Source: Halobacteriales archaeon
GTDB taxonomy: Archaea > Halobacteriota > Halobacteria > Halobacteriales > SKNY01
Assembly: GCA_007118975.1 (NCBI GenBank)
Contig: SKQO01000020.1
Location: forward strand, 11,569-75,568
Direction: 5' to 3'
DNA: 64,000 nucleotides
Positions 21,689-30,987 of the stretch are shown piece after piece; within the stretch, counting starts at the first letter, position 1; every line of letters begins with the position of its first letter. A model generated the notes under the pieces. The model had not been told where the DNA came from, did no database searches, and saw nothing but the letters and a program-made list of their open reading frames with translations. The translations under genes and the position numbers were made by a program.

Positions 21689-21772
21689 ATAACGGAGCCT
21701 CTCATTTGGGCCCTTTGAAGATTTCGAGAACCCGCCACGAATCGAACCCCACGGACAACCGCGCTTGTATCG

Positions 21773-22234
21773 TTACTGGTAATCGACTTCGCCCTCGCCC
21801 TCCCCGATCCAGACGCTTCGATCGGGTTCACGAACCTCGAGCGGGTCGATGTCGTTGTACCAGGGGACGTTCTTGAGCTGTTCTTTGTTGTAGACTAGAT
21901 CGTTTTTCGTCGCGCCGGTGAATTCGAACTGCTGGGTGAGAATGATGGCGTCGACCGGACAGACTTCTTCGCAGAGCCGACAGTAGATGCACTGGCCGAC
22001 GTGGAGGTCGTACGCTTCGCCGTTTCGCTGATCGTCCATCACGATCTGAATGGTGTCGTTCGGGCAGACGTTTTCGCATTGGCGACACCAGATGCACCGT
22101 TCCTGGCTGAACTTGTGGATCCCGCGGAACCGGGGGCTGACCTCCGGTGCTTCGTCGGGATACTCGACGGTAAACGTCCGTCCGTCCAGTGCGTGTTTCA
22201 TCGTCACCGCCATGGATTTGAGTACGCCAATCAT
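21773..22234 (-). CDS. nuoI: NADH-quinone oxidoreductase subunit I (2x[4Fe-4S])
   Basis: It has 'CIWCRQCENVCP' and 'CIYCRLCEEVCP'. The start was set at the Met at 22234, which overlaps the nuoH stop (ATGA). Confidence 0.9.
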   Translation of the reverse strand: MIGVLKSMAVTMKHALDGRTFTVEYPDEAPEVSPRFRGIHKFSQERCIWCRQCENVCPNDTIQIVMDDQRNGEAYDLHVGQCIYCRLCEEVCPVDAIILTQQFEFTGATKNDLVYNKEQLKNVPWYNDIDPLEVREPDRSVWIGEGEGEVDYQ

Positions 22235-23295
22235 GTGATTACCCCCACGATCACGGCCGTGAGAATCAGGTTGAGGAACGCCCCCACGAGCAGGAGCTTC
22301 CATCCGAACACCAGCACCTGGTCGATCCGGAACCGTGGCATCGCCGACCGGATCCACTGGGTCAACAGGAAGACCGCCCAGAGCTTGATCAGGAACCAGA
22401 CGATCCCGGGCAGCACGGGGCCGGCCGGCCCGCCGAGGAAGATCGTCGCGATGATGGCCGCGCCGAGGAAAATGTGCAGAAACTCCCCGAGGTAGATCAA
22501 CACGAAGTAGACCGAGGAGTACTCGGTCTGGTAGCCCGCGATAATCTCTGTTGGTGCCTCCGGAGTATCGAACGGGTTTCGACCGATCTCCGCGAAATTA
22601 GCGGCCAGGAACAGCACGAACGCGAACGGGTTCAGAATGGCGAACCACATCGGAATCGAGACCCCGGCAATCGAGATCAGCTCCTGGGACTGGGCAGCGA
22701 CGATCTCGCTCATCTGGAGACTTCCGACGAAAATGACCACGGATATGCCGGTCAGAATAAGCGGAATCTCGTACGCGACGTTCTGGGCGACCGCCCGGAG
22801 ACCGCCGAGCAACGAGTACTTGTTGTTCGATGCGTAGCCGCACATCACCAGCCCGACGCTGGCGATCGATGCGATGGCGAACACCCAGATGAGCCCGGTC
22901 TCCGGATCCGCCAGGTGGACGCCGCTCCCGAAGGGAATGAAGGCGAAGCCGAGCAGTGCAGAGGAGGCCACAATCAACGGACCGAGGTCCCAGGCTGGTC
23001 GGTCGACGCCGTCCGGAACGATGAGCTCTTTGCTCAGGAGTCGTACCGCGTCGGCCGGAATGATCAAGAGTCCATACGGCCCGACCCGGTTGACCGCGAT
23101 TCGGTCGGTAAACGCCGCCGTGATCTTCCGTTTTGCCCACGGGCCGGCGAGGGCAGTCATGATCATCATCAAGTTGCCGATCACGAACGCGGCAATGAAC
23201 GCGGCCACGAACTCCCCGCCCAGACCGAACTCGCTCAACCCCGTCCACTCGTCGATCAGATCGGGGAACACAACCGCGGCGACGCCGCCGCCCAT
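22231..23295 (-). CDS. nuoH: NADH-quinone oxidoreductase subunit H
   Basis: 354-aa polytopic protein in NuoH position with NuoH-like composition ('AEIGRNPFDTPEAPTEI..GY.TEYS'). Confidence 0.92.
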   Translation of the reverse strand: MGGGVAAVVFPDLIDEWTGLSEFGLGGEFVAAFIAAFVIGNLMMIMTALAGPWAKRKITAAFTDRIAVNRVGPYGLLIIPADAVRLLSKELIVPDGVDRPAWDLGPLIVASSALLGFAFIPFGSGVHLADPETGLIWVFAIASIASVGLVMCGYASNNKYSLLGGLRAVAQNVAYEIPLILTGISVVIFVGSLQMSEIVAAQSQELISIAGVSIPMWFAILNPFAFVLFLAANFAEIGRNPFDTPEAPTEIIAGYQTEYSSVYFVLIYLGEFLHIFLGAAIIATIFLGGPAGPVLPGIVWFLIKLWAVFLLTQWIRSAMPRFRIDQVLVFGWKLLLVGAFLNLILTAVIVGVIT

Positions 23296-24950
23296 TACCG
23301 GTCGACCTCCCCGAGAATGATGTCGAGGCTACCCAACGATGCGATCATATCGGCGACGTATTCGCCCTCGGCAATCTCGGGCAGGACGCTCAGGTTGTGA
23401 TAACACGGACTCCGGATCTTGAATCGGGCCGGTTTGTCCGTCCCATCCGAGCGGATGTAGATCCCGAGTTCTCCCTTCGCGCCCTCGACAGCACGGTAGG
23501 TCTCCGTGTCGGGGTCGGGTTTCAGGGTCCGCGGGACGTTACTCTGGATCTCCCGTTCGTCCTCGGGCCACTCCTCGAGCAGTTCGATGCACTGTTCGAT
23601 GATTTTTGCGGATTCTTCGACCTCCTGCATCCGAACCAGCAACCGGGAGTAGTTGTCACATCCGTCCTCGGTGATGACCTCCCAGTCGAGTTCCTCGTAG
23701 TAGCCGTACGGATCGTCCCGTCGGAGATCATAATCGATTCCGGACGCGCGCGCGACGGGGCCAGTACAGCCGTATTGCTTTGCGACGTCGGGCTCGAGTA
23801 TGCCCGTATTCACGGTACGTGTCTGGAAGACCTCGTTCGTCGTAATCAGGTCGTGGTACTCGTCGATGGCCGCCGGCAGTTCGTCGAGGAAGTCCCACAC
23901 CAGGTCGAAAAACTCCTGACGTGGCTCCGGGATGTCCCAGACCACCCCGCCGAGCCTGAAGTAGTTGAACATCATCCGCTGGCCCGTCAGCTCCTCGAGG
24001 ATGTTCTGTACCCGTTCGCGGTCCCGCATCGCGTACATGAAAATCGCCGTGAAGTCGCCGTAGATGTCGAGACAGAACGTGCCCAGCGCCAACATGTGCG
24101 AACAGATCCGGCACAGTTCCGCGCTCATCGTCCGCAGGATCTGTGCATACTCCGGCACGTCCAGGTCAGCGAGGTTCTCGGCGGTCCGTGCGTACGCCCA
24201 TTCGTTGAGAATCCCGGCGGATGCGTAGTCCCACCGGTCGGGGTACGGCATGATCTGGTGACGGTAGGTTCCGGACTGGCAGCACTGCTCTTCACAGCGA
24301 TGGAGATAGCCGAGGTCGGGGTCGAGGTCCGCCACCTGCTCGCCGTCGAGGACGACTCGCAGGTGCAACACGCCGTGGGTCGCCGGGTGGTGCGGACCGA
24401 TGTTGATAAACATCGTTTCGCCCTCCTCGACGTGCCCCTCGAGCGGGTTCTCGTGTTCGCGGTACTCGACGATCTGTGGTCGGTCCTGGTCGTAATCCAG
24501 TCCGAGCGGGTGGCCCATCCACGATTCCGGGAGCAGAATGCGCCGGAGGTCCGGATGCCCCTCGTACTCGATACCGACCAGATCGTAGGCCTCTCGTTCG
24601 TGCCAGCCCGCCGTTTCGTAGACGCCTGTCGCGGTCTGGCTTTTCGGCTCGTCTCGCGAGGTCGGGACCACGACGCCGAACTCCTGGGTCGGGTCGTCGT
24701 ACGTTTTCAGATAATACACGGATTCGAATCGGTCCCGGTACTCCTGGGAGACGACACATGAGAGGTGATCGAATCCGGCATCTTCCCGGAGGATTCTGAG
24801 CGTCGATTGAACCTCGTCGGGCCGTACCACCGCCGCCTCGGTGTGGACGTGGGACTCCCGGTCGATGATGTGATCGCCCAGGATCTCGAAAATCGCGTCG
24901 TAGTCTAGCTCGCCGGTTTCCGTGTCAGTCAGGGGTTCGGTTACGCTCAT
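23295..24950 (-). CDS. nuoCD: fused NADH-quinone oxidoreductase subunits C and D
   Basis: 551 aa. The N-terminal ~150 aa are NuoC-like. The remainder is NuoD-like ('[13 protein letters not shown]', 'RSPCYHN'). Confidence 0.92.
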   Translation of the reverse strand: MSVTEPLTDTETGELDYDAIFEILGDHIIDRESHVHTEAAVVRPDEVQSTLRILREDAGFDHLSCVVSQEYRDRFESVYYLKTYDDPTQEFGVVVPTSRDEPKSQTATGVYETAGWHEREAYDLVGIEYEGHPDLRRILLPESWMGHPLGLDYDQDRPQIVEYREHENPLEGHVEEGETMFINIGPHHPATHGVLHLRVVLDGEQVADLDPDLGYLHRCEEQCCQSGTYRHQIMPYPDRWDYASAGILNEWAYARTAENLADLDVPEYAQILRTMSAELCRICSHMLALGTFCLDIYGDFTAIFMYAMRDRERVQNILEELTGQRMMFNYFRLGGVVWDIPEPRQEFFDLVWDFLDELPAAIDEYHDLITTNEVFQTRTVNTGILEPDVAKQYGCTGPVARASGIDYDLRRDDPYGYYEELDWEVITEDGCDNYSRLLVRMQEVEESAKIIEQCIELLEEWPEDEREIQSNVPRTLKPDPDTETYRAVEGAKGELGIYIRSDGTDKPARFKIRSPCYHNLSVLPEIAEGEYVADMIASLGSLDIILGEVDR

Positions 24951-25651
24951 GGGGAATCAGCCCAGTTGTACCGCATCACCAGATCGTCCTCGTCGATCCG
25001 CTCGGCGAGCCGATCGACCAGCTCGTCTCGCTCGAGATCGCCGAACTTCTCCAGTTCGTACGGTTTTACCACGACAGGTGAACTTTCACCGGCACGGACT
25101 TGGTCCTGGAGTTTGGCGACGCCGTAGACCAACGCTTCCGGCCGGGGCGGGCAGCCTGGCACGTGAATGTCGACTGGGATCACCTCCTCTGCCCCCTTGA
25201 CGACGTTGTATCCCTCCTGGAAGGGGCCACCGGAGATCGAGCACGAACCCATGTTGACGACGAACTTCGGCTCCGGCATCTGGTCGTACACCCGCTTCAT
25301 CCGCGGGGCGAATTTCGAGACGATCGTCCCCGGGATGATGATGACGTCGGCCTGCCGGGGCGAGGCGCGGGGGACGCCGGCACCGAAGCGATCGAGGTCG
25401 TGCTTTACGGCGTAGGTGTGCATCATCTCCAGGCTGCAACAGGCGATACCGAACTGGAGCATAAACATCGAGGAACCCCGGACCCAGTTCATGAACCGGT
25501 CGAACTTCGTGAGGATGAACGGTGACGTGCCGAGTGCCTGCCGCAAGGGGGAGTTGAACCGATCGTCCGTCCCGCCACCCATGCGGGCGTCCGTGGTCGC
25601 TCGCTGAACATCCTCGTCCGCCGACGGCTGGGGAGTTATGTCACCACTCAT
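24947..25651 (-). CDS. nuoB: NADH-quinone oxidoreductase subunit B
   Basis: It has '[11 protein letters not shown]', '[11 protein letters not shown]' and '[11 protein letters not shown]'. The start was set at 25651 (ATGA overlap with the nuoA stop). The longer ORF to 25819 is R/G-rich and overlaps nuoA. Confidence 0.92.
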   Translation of the reverse strand: MSGDITPQPSADEDVQRATTDARMGGGTDDRFNSPLRQALGTSPFILTKFDRFMNWVRGSSMFMLQFGIACCSLEMMHTYAVKHDLDRFGAGVPRASPRQADVIIIPGTIVSKFAPRMKRVYDQMPEPKFVVNMGSCSISGGPFQEGYNVVKGAEEVIPVDIHVPGCPPRPEALVYGVAKLQDQVRAGESSPVVVKPYELEKFGDLERDELVDRLAERIDEDDLVMRYNWADSP

Positions 25652-26061
25652 GATTGGGACCTCCGGTAGTGTGTGGGAGCGCGTTTGACCCACTTGATCG
25701 CCCCGACGCGCCACGCCCAGACGAGCGCGGCCAGCAACGTGCCCAGAAACACGAGCATCGGGACAAGCGCGTGAACGAGGCCGACAGTTTCGACTGCCTC
25801 GCGGTAGATCACGACCCACGGGATAATAAACGCCGTCTCGACGTCAAAAACGACGAACAACAGCGCGACCATGTAATACTGGATATTAAAGCGGATCCGG
25901 GTGTCCCCGGTGGGTACTTCGCCACTCTCGTATATCTGCGTCTTGCCTTGTTCGATAACGCGCGGGCGAAGGATCGCCGAGACCACCACCATGCCGACGG
26001 GGATCAGGATCGCAACGATCGCCAACGCGGCGACCGCCATCCAGGTACTGAGATAGCTCAT
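25648..26061 (-). CDS. nuoA: NADH-quinone oxidoreductase subunit A
   Basis: 3-TM protein ('FDVETAFIIPW'). Met 26061 is preferred over 26100 because a TATA-like box lies at 26104-26109. Confidence 0.85.
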   Translation of the reverse strand: MSYLSTWMAVAALAIVAILIPVGMVVVSAILRPRVIEQGKTQIYESGEVPTGDTRIRFNIQYYMVALLFVVFDVETAFIIPWVVIYREAVETVGLVHALVPMLVFLGTLLAALVWAWRVGAIKWVKRAPTHYRRSQS

Positions 26062-26103
26062 AGGGGGTCGGACCTTGATAATCGCGGCTTGGAAAGCCAC
26101 TGC

Positions 26104-26109
26104 TATAAA
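26104..26109 (-). promoter_or_regulatory. TATA-like box (TTTATA) of the nuo operon
   Basis: The minus strand reads 'gTTTATAgc' about 45 nt upstream of ATG 26061, in the 50-nt gap after the purE stop. Confidence 0.4.
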
Positions 26110-26112
26110 CGT

Positions 26113-26769
26113 TCATTGTCCGCCCGCTCGATCGGCCCGGAACGCCGCCGTCCCGCGATCGTGCAGTTCTCGCGAGACGTCGCCTACTGCCTGGCGAAGC
26201 TCGTGGTGGTACGCATCGAGTTCGTCCGCGAGCTCGGGATAGCTCCGGGCGAGGAACTGAACCGCCGACAGCGCCGCGTTGAACGACTTGCCCGCGTCGA
26301 CCGCCACGAGCGGTGCCCCCGTCGGCATGCCGATCACGGAATCGACCGATTTCTCTTGGACCGGCACGCCGATGACGGGCAGTGGATACGCGAACGACGC
26401 CGTCATGTTCGGGAGATCCGCCGATTTGCCGCCCGCCCCGGCGATGATGATTTCGATCCCACGTTCGGCGGCCGTGTCGGCGTACGTCGCCATGAGTTGC
26501 GGCGTTCGGTGGGCCGAGACGACGTAGGTCTCGTAGGTGAACCGCGCGTCAGGCGGGTTGTTGAAATCGGTTTGCTCTGCAAACCCGAGTTGCGCAAACG
26601 CGTCGTGCGCTCCGGCCATGACGTCGAGATCCGAATCGCTCCCCATGACGATTCCGACATCCGGCGTCGCCGCCGGCTCTCGATCGGCGGCTGCCTCCCC
26701 TTCGAGCCGCTCGATCAGCCGCGTTACGGATTCGGCCATAGCTGACCATCGGGCCAACGGGCTCATCAA
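26113..26769 (-). CDS. purE: 5-(carboxyamino)imidazole ribonucleotide mutase
   Basis: It has 'VGIVMGSDSDL' and PurE-like 'IIAGAGG...LP..' segments, directly downstream of purK. The start could be Met 26739. Confidence 0.88.
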   Translation of the reverse strand: MMSPLARWSAMAESVTRLIERLEGEAAADREPAATPDVGIVMGSDSDLDVMAGAHDAFAQLGFAEQTDFNNPPDARFTYETYVVSAHRTPQLMATYADTAAERGIEIIIAGAGGKSADLPNMTASFAYPLPVIGVPVQEKSVDSVIGMPTGAPLVAVDAGKSFNAALSAVQFLARSYPELADELDAYHHELRQAVGDVSRELHDRGTAAFRADRAGGQ

Positions 26770-26785
26770 TCGACTGGATCCGGCC

Positions 26786-27946
26786 CTACGAACGAAACGA
26801 AATCTTGCGACGTTGCTCGCGGACGGCCGCTAGTAACTGTGGCGCCGCGTCCCGGTCGGGATCGGTCATTGTCAGATGTGCCATCTTCCGCAACGGCCTG
26901 ACCTCCCGCTTGCCGTACCAGTGAATATTGACGTCCCCCGCCGACAAAATTTCGTCCACTCCTATAGGTCGGGCGCGCGCTGGTGAATCGACATCACCAA
27001 GCACATTCGCCATGGCCGTCGCGCCCCGACTGGCTGTCGATCCGATCGGCGCGCCGAGGACGGCGCGGACGTGCTGTTCGAATTGTGACACCGTCGCCCC
27101 CTCGATCGTCCAGTGGCCGCTGTTGTGGGGTCGTGGGGCGATCTCGTTGACCAGTATCTCGCCGTCCGGCGTCTCGAACAGTTCGATGCCGTACACGCCC
27201 CGTCCAGTTAGCTCGTCCAGTGCATCGTTCGCGAGCGCCCTCGCCCGGTCGCGGGTCGATTGCGCCGTTCTGGCGGGAACGATCGACGCGCGAAGGATTT
27301 CCGCTTCGTGGATGTTTTCCGCAGGTTCGAAACTGTCGCGCTCGGTTGCGCCTTTCACCCCGATGACTGACAGTTCGCGGGTGAAATCGACGAACGCTTC
27401 CACCATTGCTGGTCCATCGATCGCCGCGAACGCCGAGGCAACCTCCTCCGGCCCTTCGACCGGTAAATTACCATGGCCATCGTACCCGCCGCGCCGCGCC
27501 TTCAGCATCACCGGGTACCCGAACCGCTCGGCCGCCGCCGCCAGATCGTCGACGGAATTCACCGCGGCGAACGGCGGGACGGGGATCCCGGCCGCCTTGA
27601 GAGTGCGTTTCTGTTCCAGTTTGTCCTGGATCATCCGGAGCGTTTCGGGAGCGGGGTGTACCCGCGTGGTAGTCTCCTCACTGATCCGCTCGAGCGCGTC
27701 CGGGTCAGCAAGTTCGATTTCATAGGTAAGCACGTCGACGGAGTCGGCGAGCCGACGGATAGCCTGTTCATCGTCAAAGCATGCCACCACCTGTCGGCCG
27801 GCGACGGGAGCAGCCGGGCAGTGTGGCGTCGGATCCAGCACGTCCAGCCGGACACCGAGCGGCGAGGCCGCCTCGGCCATCATCCGACCCAGTTGCCCAC
27901 CCCCTACGACCCCGATCGTCGCCCCGGGGATCGAGAACTCGCCCAT
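26786..27946 (-). CDS. purK: 5-(carboxyamino)imidazole ribonucleotide synthase
   Basis: ATP-grasp protein. The start was set at Met 27946 ('MGEFSIPGATIGVVGGGQLGRMM'). The upstream extension to 28147 is low-complexity. Confidence 0.9.
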   Translation of the reverse strand: MGEFSIPGATIGVVGGGQLGRMMAEAASPLGVRLDVLDPTPHCPAAPVAGRQVVACFDDEQAIRRLADSVDVLTYEIELADPDALERISEETTTRVHPAPETLRMIQDKLEQKRTLKAAGIPVPPFAAVNSVDDLAAAAERFGYPVMLKARRGGYDGHGNLPVEGPEEVASAFAAIDGPAMVEAFVDFTRELSVIGVKGATERDSFEPAENIHEAEILRASIVPARTAQSTRDRARALANDALDELTGRGVYGIELFETPDGEILVNEIAPRPHNSGHWTIEGATVSQFEQHVRAVLGAPIGSTASRGATAMANVLGDVDSPARARPIGVDEILSAGDVNIHWYGKREVRPLRKMAHLTMTDPDRDAAPQLLAAVREQRRKISFRS

Positions 27947-28040
27947 ACGTCTCGGTCCGTGGAGCGACCTATAACGGTTGGCGATCGGAGCCGGACTGAC
28001 GGAACGATACCTCTTTCCCCACGCCGTCGGACCGCTGGAT

Positions 28041-28454
28041 ATGGTCAGGCTCGGGTTGGTCGTCGCCCGTTTCGACAAACACGGAGCGGTTATCGACGAG
28101 ATGGTCGCTTCCGCGGAACGTGCGGCCGAACAACGCGGTGCCGACATCGTCCGGCGTGTGACCGTGCCGGGCAGCTACGACACGCCGCTGGCGGCGGATA
28201 GGTTGGCCAGAGCCGAGGAGATCGATGCAGTGGTGGTCCTCGGTGTGATCATCACTGGGGAAACCGATCACGATCAGGTGATTGCCCGGGCCGCGGCAAC
28301 CGGCCTGACGGAGGTAAGCCTCGAGCGTGACACCCCGGTCACCCTCGGTATCATCGGGCCTGGTATGACAGCCAGTCAGGCCGAAGCCCGCACCCAATAC
28401 GGCGGGCGGGCGGTGGACAGCGCAATCGAGATGATAGAGAACTTATCAGCATGA
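28041..28454 (+). CDS. ribH: 6,7-dimethyl-8-ribityllumazine synthase
   Basis: 'MVRLGLVVARFD...VPGSYDTPLAA...VVVLGVIITGETDHDQV' is lumazine-synthase-like. ATG 28041 was chosen. Confidence 0.85.
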   Translation: MVRLGLVVARFDKHGAVIDEMVASAERAAEQRGADIVRRVTVPGSYDTPLAADRLARAEEIDAVVVLGVIITGETDHDQVIARAAATGLTEVSLERDTPVTLGIIGPGMTASQAEARTQYGGRAVDSAIEMIENLSA

Positions 28455-29611
28455 CAATCGAGTGTTCCCGACGCGTCAATCGCGTCACGCCGAGTGCGAC
28501 GCTTTCAATCAGTACCCTCGCGAAGGAGCTCCGTGCGGATGGAGCGGACGTCATCGATCTAAGTGTCGGCGAACCGGACTTCCCGACTCCGGCGCCGATC
28601 GTCGAGGCCGGAAAGACTGCCATGGATGCGGGCCACACCGGTTATACGGCCACGACCGGCGTCCCGGAGTTACGCCGGGCTATTGCGGACAAACTCGCCG
28701 AAGATGGTCTCGGGCACGACCCCGACGAAATCATAGTGACTCCCGGGGCCAAGCAGGCGTTGTACGAGACGATCCAGACACTAGTTGATGATGGGGACGA
28801 GGTGACCCTCCTGGATCCCGCCTGGGTGTCCTACGAGGCGATGGTTAAACTTGCTGGTGGGACGCTGTCGCGGGTGGACCTCTCCCCGTTTGGCTTCGGG
28901 TTGGCGGACGGTGGCCTCGATGCGCTCGCGGCGGCGATCTCCGACGAGACCGAGGTGCTGATCGTCAACTCGCCGTCGAACCCATCAGGGATCGTCTACG
29001 GAGTCGAGGCACTCGAAGGCGTTCGTGATCTGGCAGTGGAGCACGACGTGACGGTGATCAGTGACGAGATTTACGAACGGATTACATACGGTGACTCCCC
29101 TCCGAGCCTCGGCTCGCTGGACGGCATGGCCGATCGGACGGTCACGGTCAACGGATTCTCGAAGGCGTACTCGATGACGGGGTGGCGACTCGGGTACCTG
29201 GCCGGGCCGTCCTCCGTCATCGAGCAGGCCTCGAAACTGCACTCCCACTCGGTTTCATGTGCGACGAACTTCGTCCAGCGAGCGGGGATCGTCGCATTAG
29301 AGGACGTCGATGAACCGATCGACGAGATGGTCAGGGCGTTCGAACGACGACGAGACCTGCTGGTCGATCGATTGCGGGATGCGGGGGTCGAACTCCCGCG
29401 GACTCCGGAGGGGGCGTTTTACCTGATGGTGCCGGTCGTCGGCGACGATCAACAGACCTGCGAAAACGCTCTCGCCGACCAACACGTAGCAACCGTTCCC
29501 GGGAGTGCCTTCGGGACGCCGGGCTATGCCCGGATCTCGTATGCCACTGACGTGGCGCGGATCGAGACGGCGGTCGACCGCCTACTTAAGACTGATTTTT
29601 TCGAAAGGTAG
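28451..29611 (+). CDS. pyridoxal-phosphate-dependent (aspartate-type, class I) aminotransferase
   Basis: It has the PLP-lysine motif 'NGFSKAYSMTGWRLGY' and 'LIVNSPSNPSG'. It overlaps ribH by 4 nt. Confidence 0.9.
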   Translation: MTIECSRRVNRVTPSATLSISTLAKELRADGADVIDLSVGEPDFPTPAPIVEAGKTAMDAGHTGYTATTGVPELRRAIADKLAEDGLGHDPDEIIVTPGAKQALYETIQTLVDDGDEVTLLDPAWVSYEAMVKLAGGTLSRVDLSPFGFGLADGGLDALAAAISDETEVLIVNSPSNPSGIVYGVEALEGVRDLAVEHDVTVISDEIYERITYGDSPPSLGSLDGMADRTVTVNGFSKAYSMTGWRLGYLAGPSSVIEQASKLHSHSVSCATNFVQRAGIVALEDVDEPIDEMVRAFERRRDLLVDRLRDAGVELPRTPEGAFYLMVPVVGDDQQTCENALADQHVATVPGSAFGTPGYARISYATDVARIETAVDRLLKTDFFER

Positions 29612-29934
29612 CCCGATCGGCGGTTGATACGGGGTCGACTCGACTCGTCAGTCCGACGGACTGGTTGCAGCGTATCGAACGTCAATACCCGCCGAGTTGC
29701 ACACGGCGACGGTAATGCGGCACCATGGGACCGACTGTATCGAGCGGCGAGTTCGCGCCGGTAAAGTCCCGGCTGCCGCTGATCGGGCGTGAGGGTACAC
29801 ACCACGTGGCAGGCCGATCATCGCGGCAACGTACCTCCGGTATGTGAGACGGTCGAGATTCCACGAGCCAAACAAACACTCGTCACGCAGAGTACCGACA
29901 ACGGGCAGGTCCTGACGTTCGATTCGTACTCCGT

Positions 29935-30363
29935 CTACGACCGACGCTCGCGGATGCGGGCGACGATCTCGGAGGAGGAGAGAATCTCCTCCGGGTAGGC
30001 AGATTCGCGGCGGGAGGCCCGCCGTAGTTCGCAGTCGATCCCACGGTCGGCCAACGCTTGCCTCAGTGCCGCCTCGTCGTGGTGCTGGTCGTGTCCGAGG
30101 ACGATGACGTCCGGTTGGATTCGCTCGATCGGCACGAAAATATCCTCTTCGTCGCCGAGAATGGCCCGATCGACGACGGCGAGCGCATCCACGACGTCTC
30201 GACGTTGTCTGGCAGCCAGGACGGGGCCGGGCTTGTGTGTGACGTTCGCCTGTCTCGCCACGATCGCGACGAGTTCGTCGCCCATTGACGCGGCGTCCTC
30301 AAGATAGTGAATGTGACCGGGATGGAGGAGGTCGAACGTGCCCTGGGCAACGACCAGCGTCAT
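29935..30363 (-). CDS. ribL: FAD synthetase (archaeal RibL-type cytidylyltransferase-fold)
   Basis: Trimmed to Met 30363. It has '[18 protein letters not shown]' (HxGH) and is ~142 aa, typical for RibL. Confidence 0.8.
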   Translation of the reverse strand: MTLVVAQGTFDLLHPGHIHYLEDAASMGDELVAIVARQANVTHKPGPVLAARQRRDVVDALAVVDRAILGDEEDIFVPIERIQPDVIVLGHDQHHDEAALRQALADRGIDCELRRASRRESAYPEEILSSSEIVARIRERRS

Positions 30364-30382
30364 GGCAATATCACACCCGCCA

Positions 30383-30955
30383 TTATCGATCACGCTCCTC
30401 CCGAAGCTCCGCGTCGATGTCGGCTTGGTCGAAATCAAAGAAGGACTCCGGGTCCGGGAGGTCGACGTTGTACACCGGAAGATCGCGCTGGTTCCCCTGG
30501 TTGTCGAACGCTCGCCAGCAGTCGCGTCGGTAGGGCGCCCCGAGAATGATGTGCACCTGTCCCCGCCCGAACGTGGCGAGGTCCTCATCGCTGGGTCGCA
30601 ACACCCCGTTCGGATGCGAGTGAATCGAACCGATGTCGGTGGGATTGTTTGGGATCATGTTCGTCTGGACGGTGGCGCTCACCGGATTGGACTGAGTACC
30701 CGGGACGACGACCACGTCCGTTACCAGCAACCCGTCGCGGTCGAGGTCGAACTCACGCGCTTCGGTCCCGCGAAGCATGCCCATGTACTCGTTCGGATGG
30801 GTGTCCTCCGCCGCCTCCAGGGCAAACTCGAGGGTGTCGGCCGCGATCCCGACAACTTCCCCCGATCGAAACAGCGACCGAAACCACCCCATGTTCGTTA
30901 TTCGGCCGGTCCGCATGCTAAACGTTCCGACCTGGCGGGCCGGATGGTGTGACAA
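30383..30955 (-). CDS. JAMM/MPN+ family metalloprotease
   Basis: It has the JAMM motif '[15 protein letters not shown]' (HxHx7Sx2D) with an upstream conserved Glu ('PNEYMGML'). The start is probably an internal Met (30916 or 30892). Confidence 0.8.
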   Translation of the reverse strand: MSHHPARQVGTFSMRTGRITNMGWFRSLFRSGEVVGIAADTLEFALEAAEDTHPNEYMGMLRGTEAREFDLDRDGLLVTDVVVVPGTQSNPVSATVQTNMIPNNPTDIGSIHSHPNGVLRPSDEDLATFGRGQVHIILGAPYRRDCWRAFDNQGNQRDLPVYNVDLPDPESFFDFDQADIDAELREERDR

Positions 30956-30987
30956 CCGTTTTACGCGCGCGCGATGAATCCGACCGC

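Noticed and set aside
27947-28147. N-terminal extensions of several ORF-track entries: purK to 28147, nuoB to 25819, nuoI to 22357, nuoJ2 to 21602, ribL to 30588, rps15 to 40120, kinase from 40169, isomerase from 41991, ribH from 27978, halocyanin from 37133.
   Set aside because: The extensions are low-complexity, overlap upstream genes or promoters, and lack the conserved N-termini. Internal Met codons give canonical N-terminal motifs and ATGA-type coupling.
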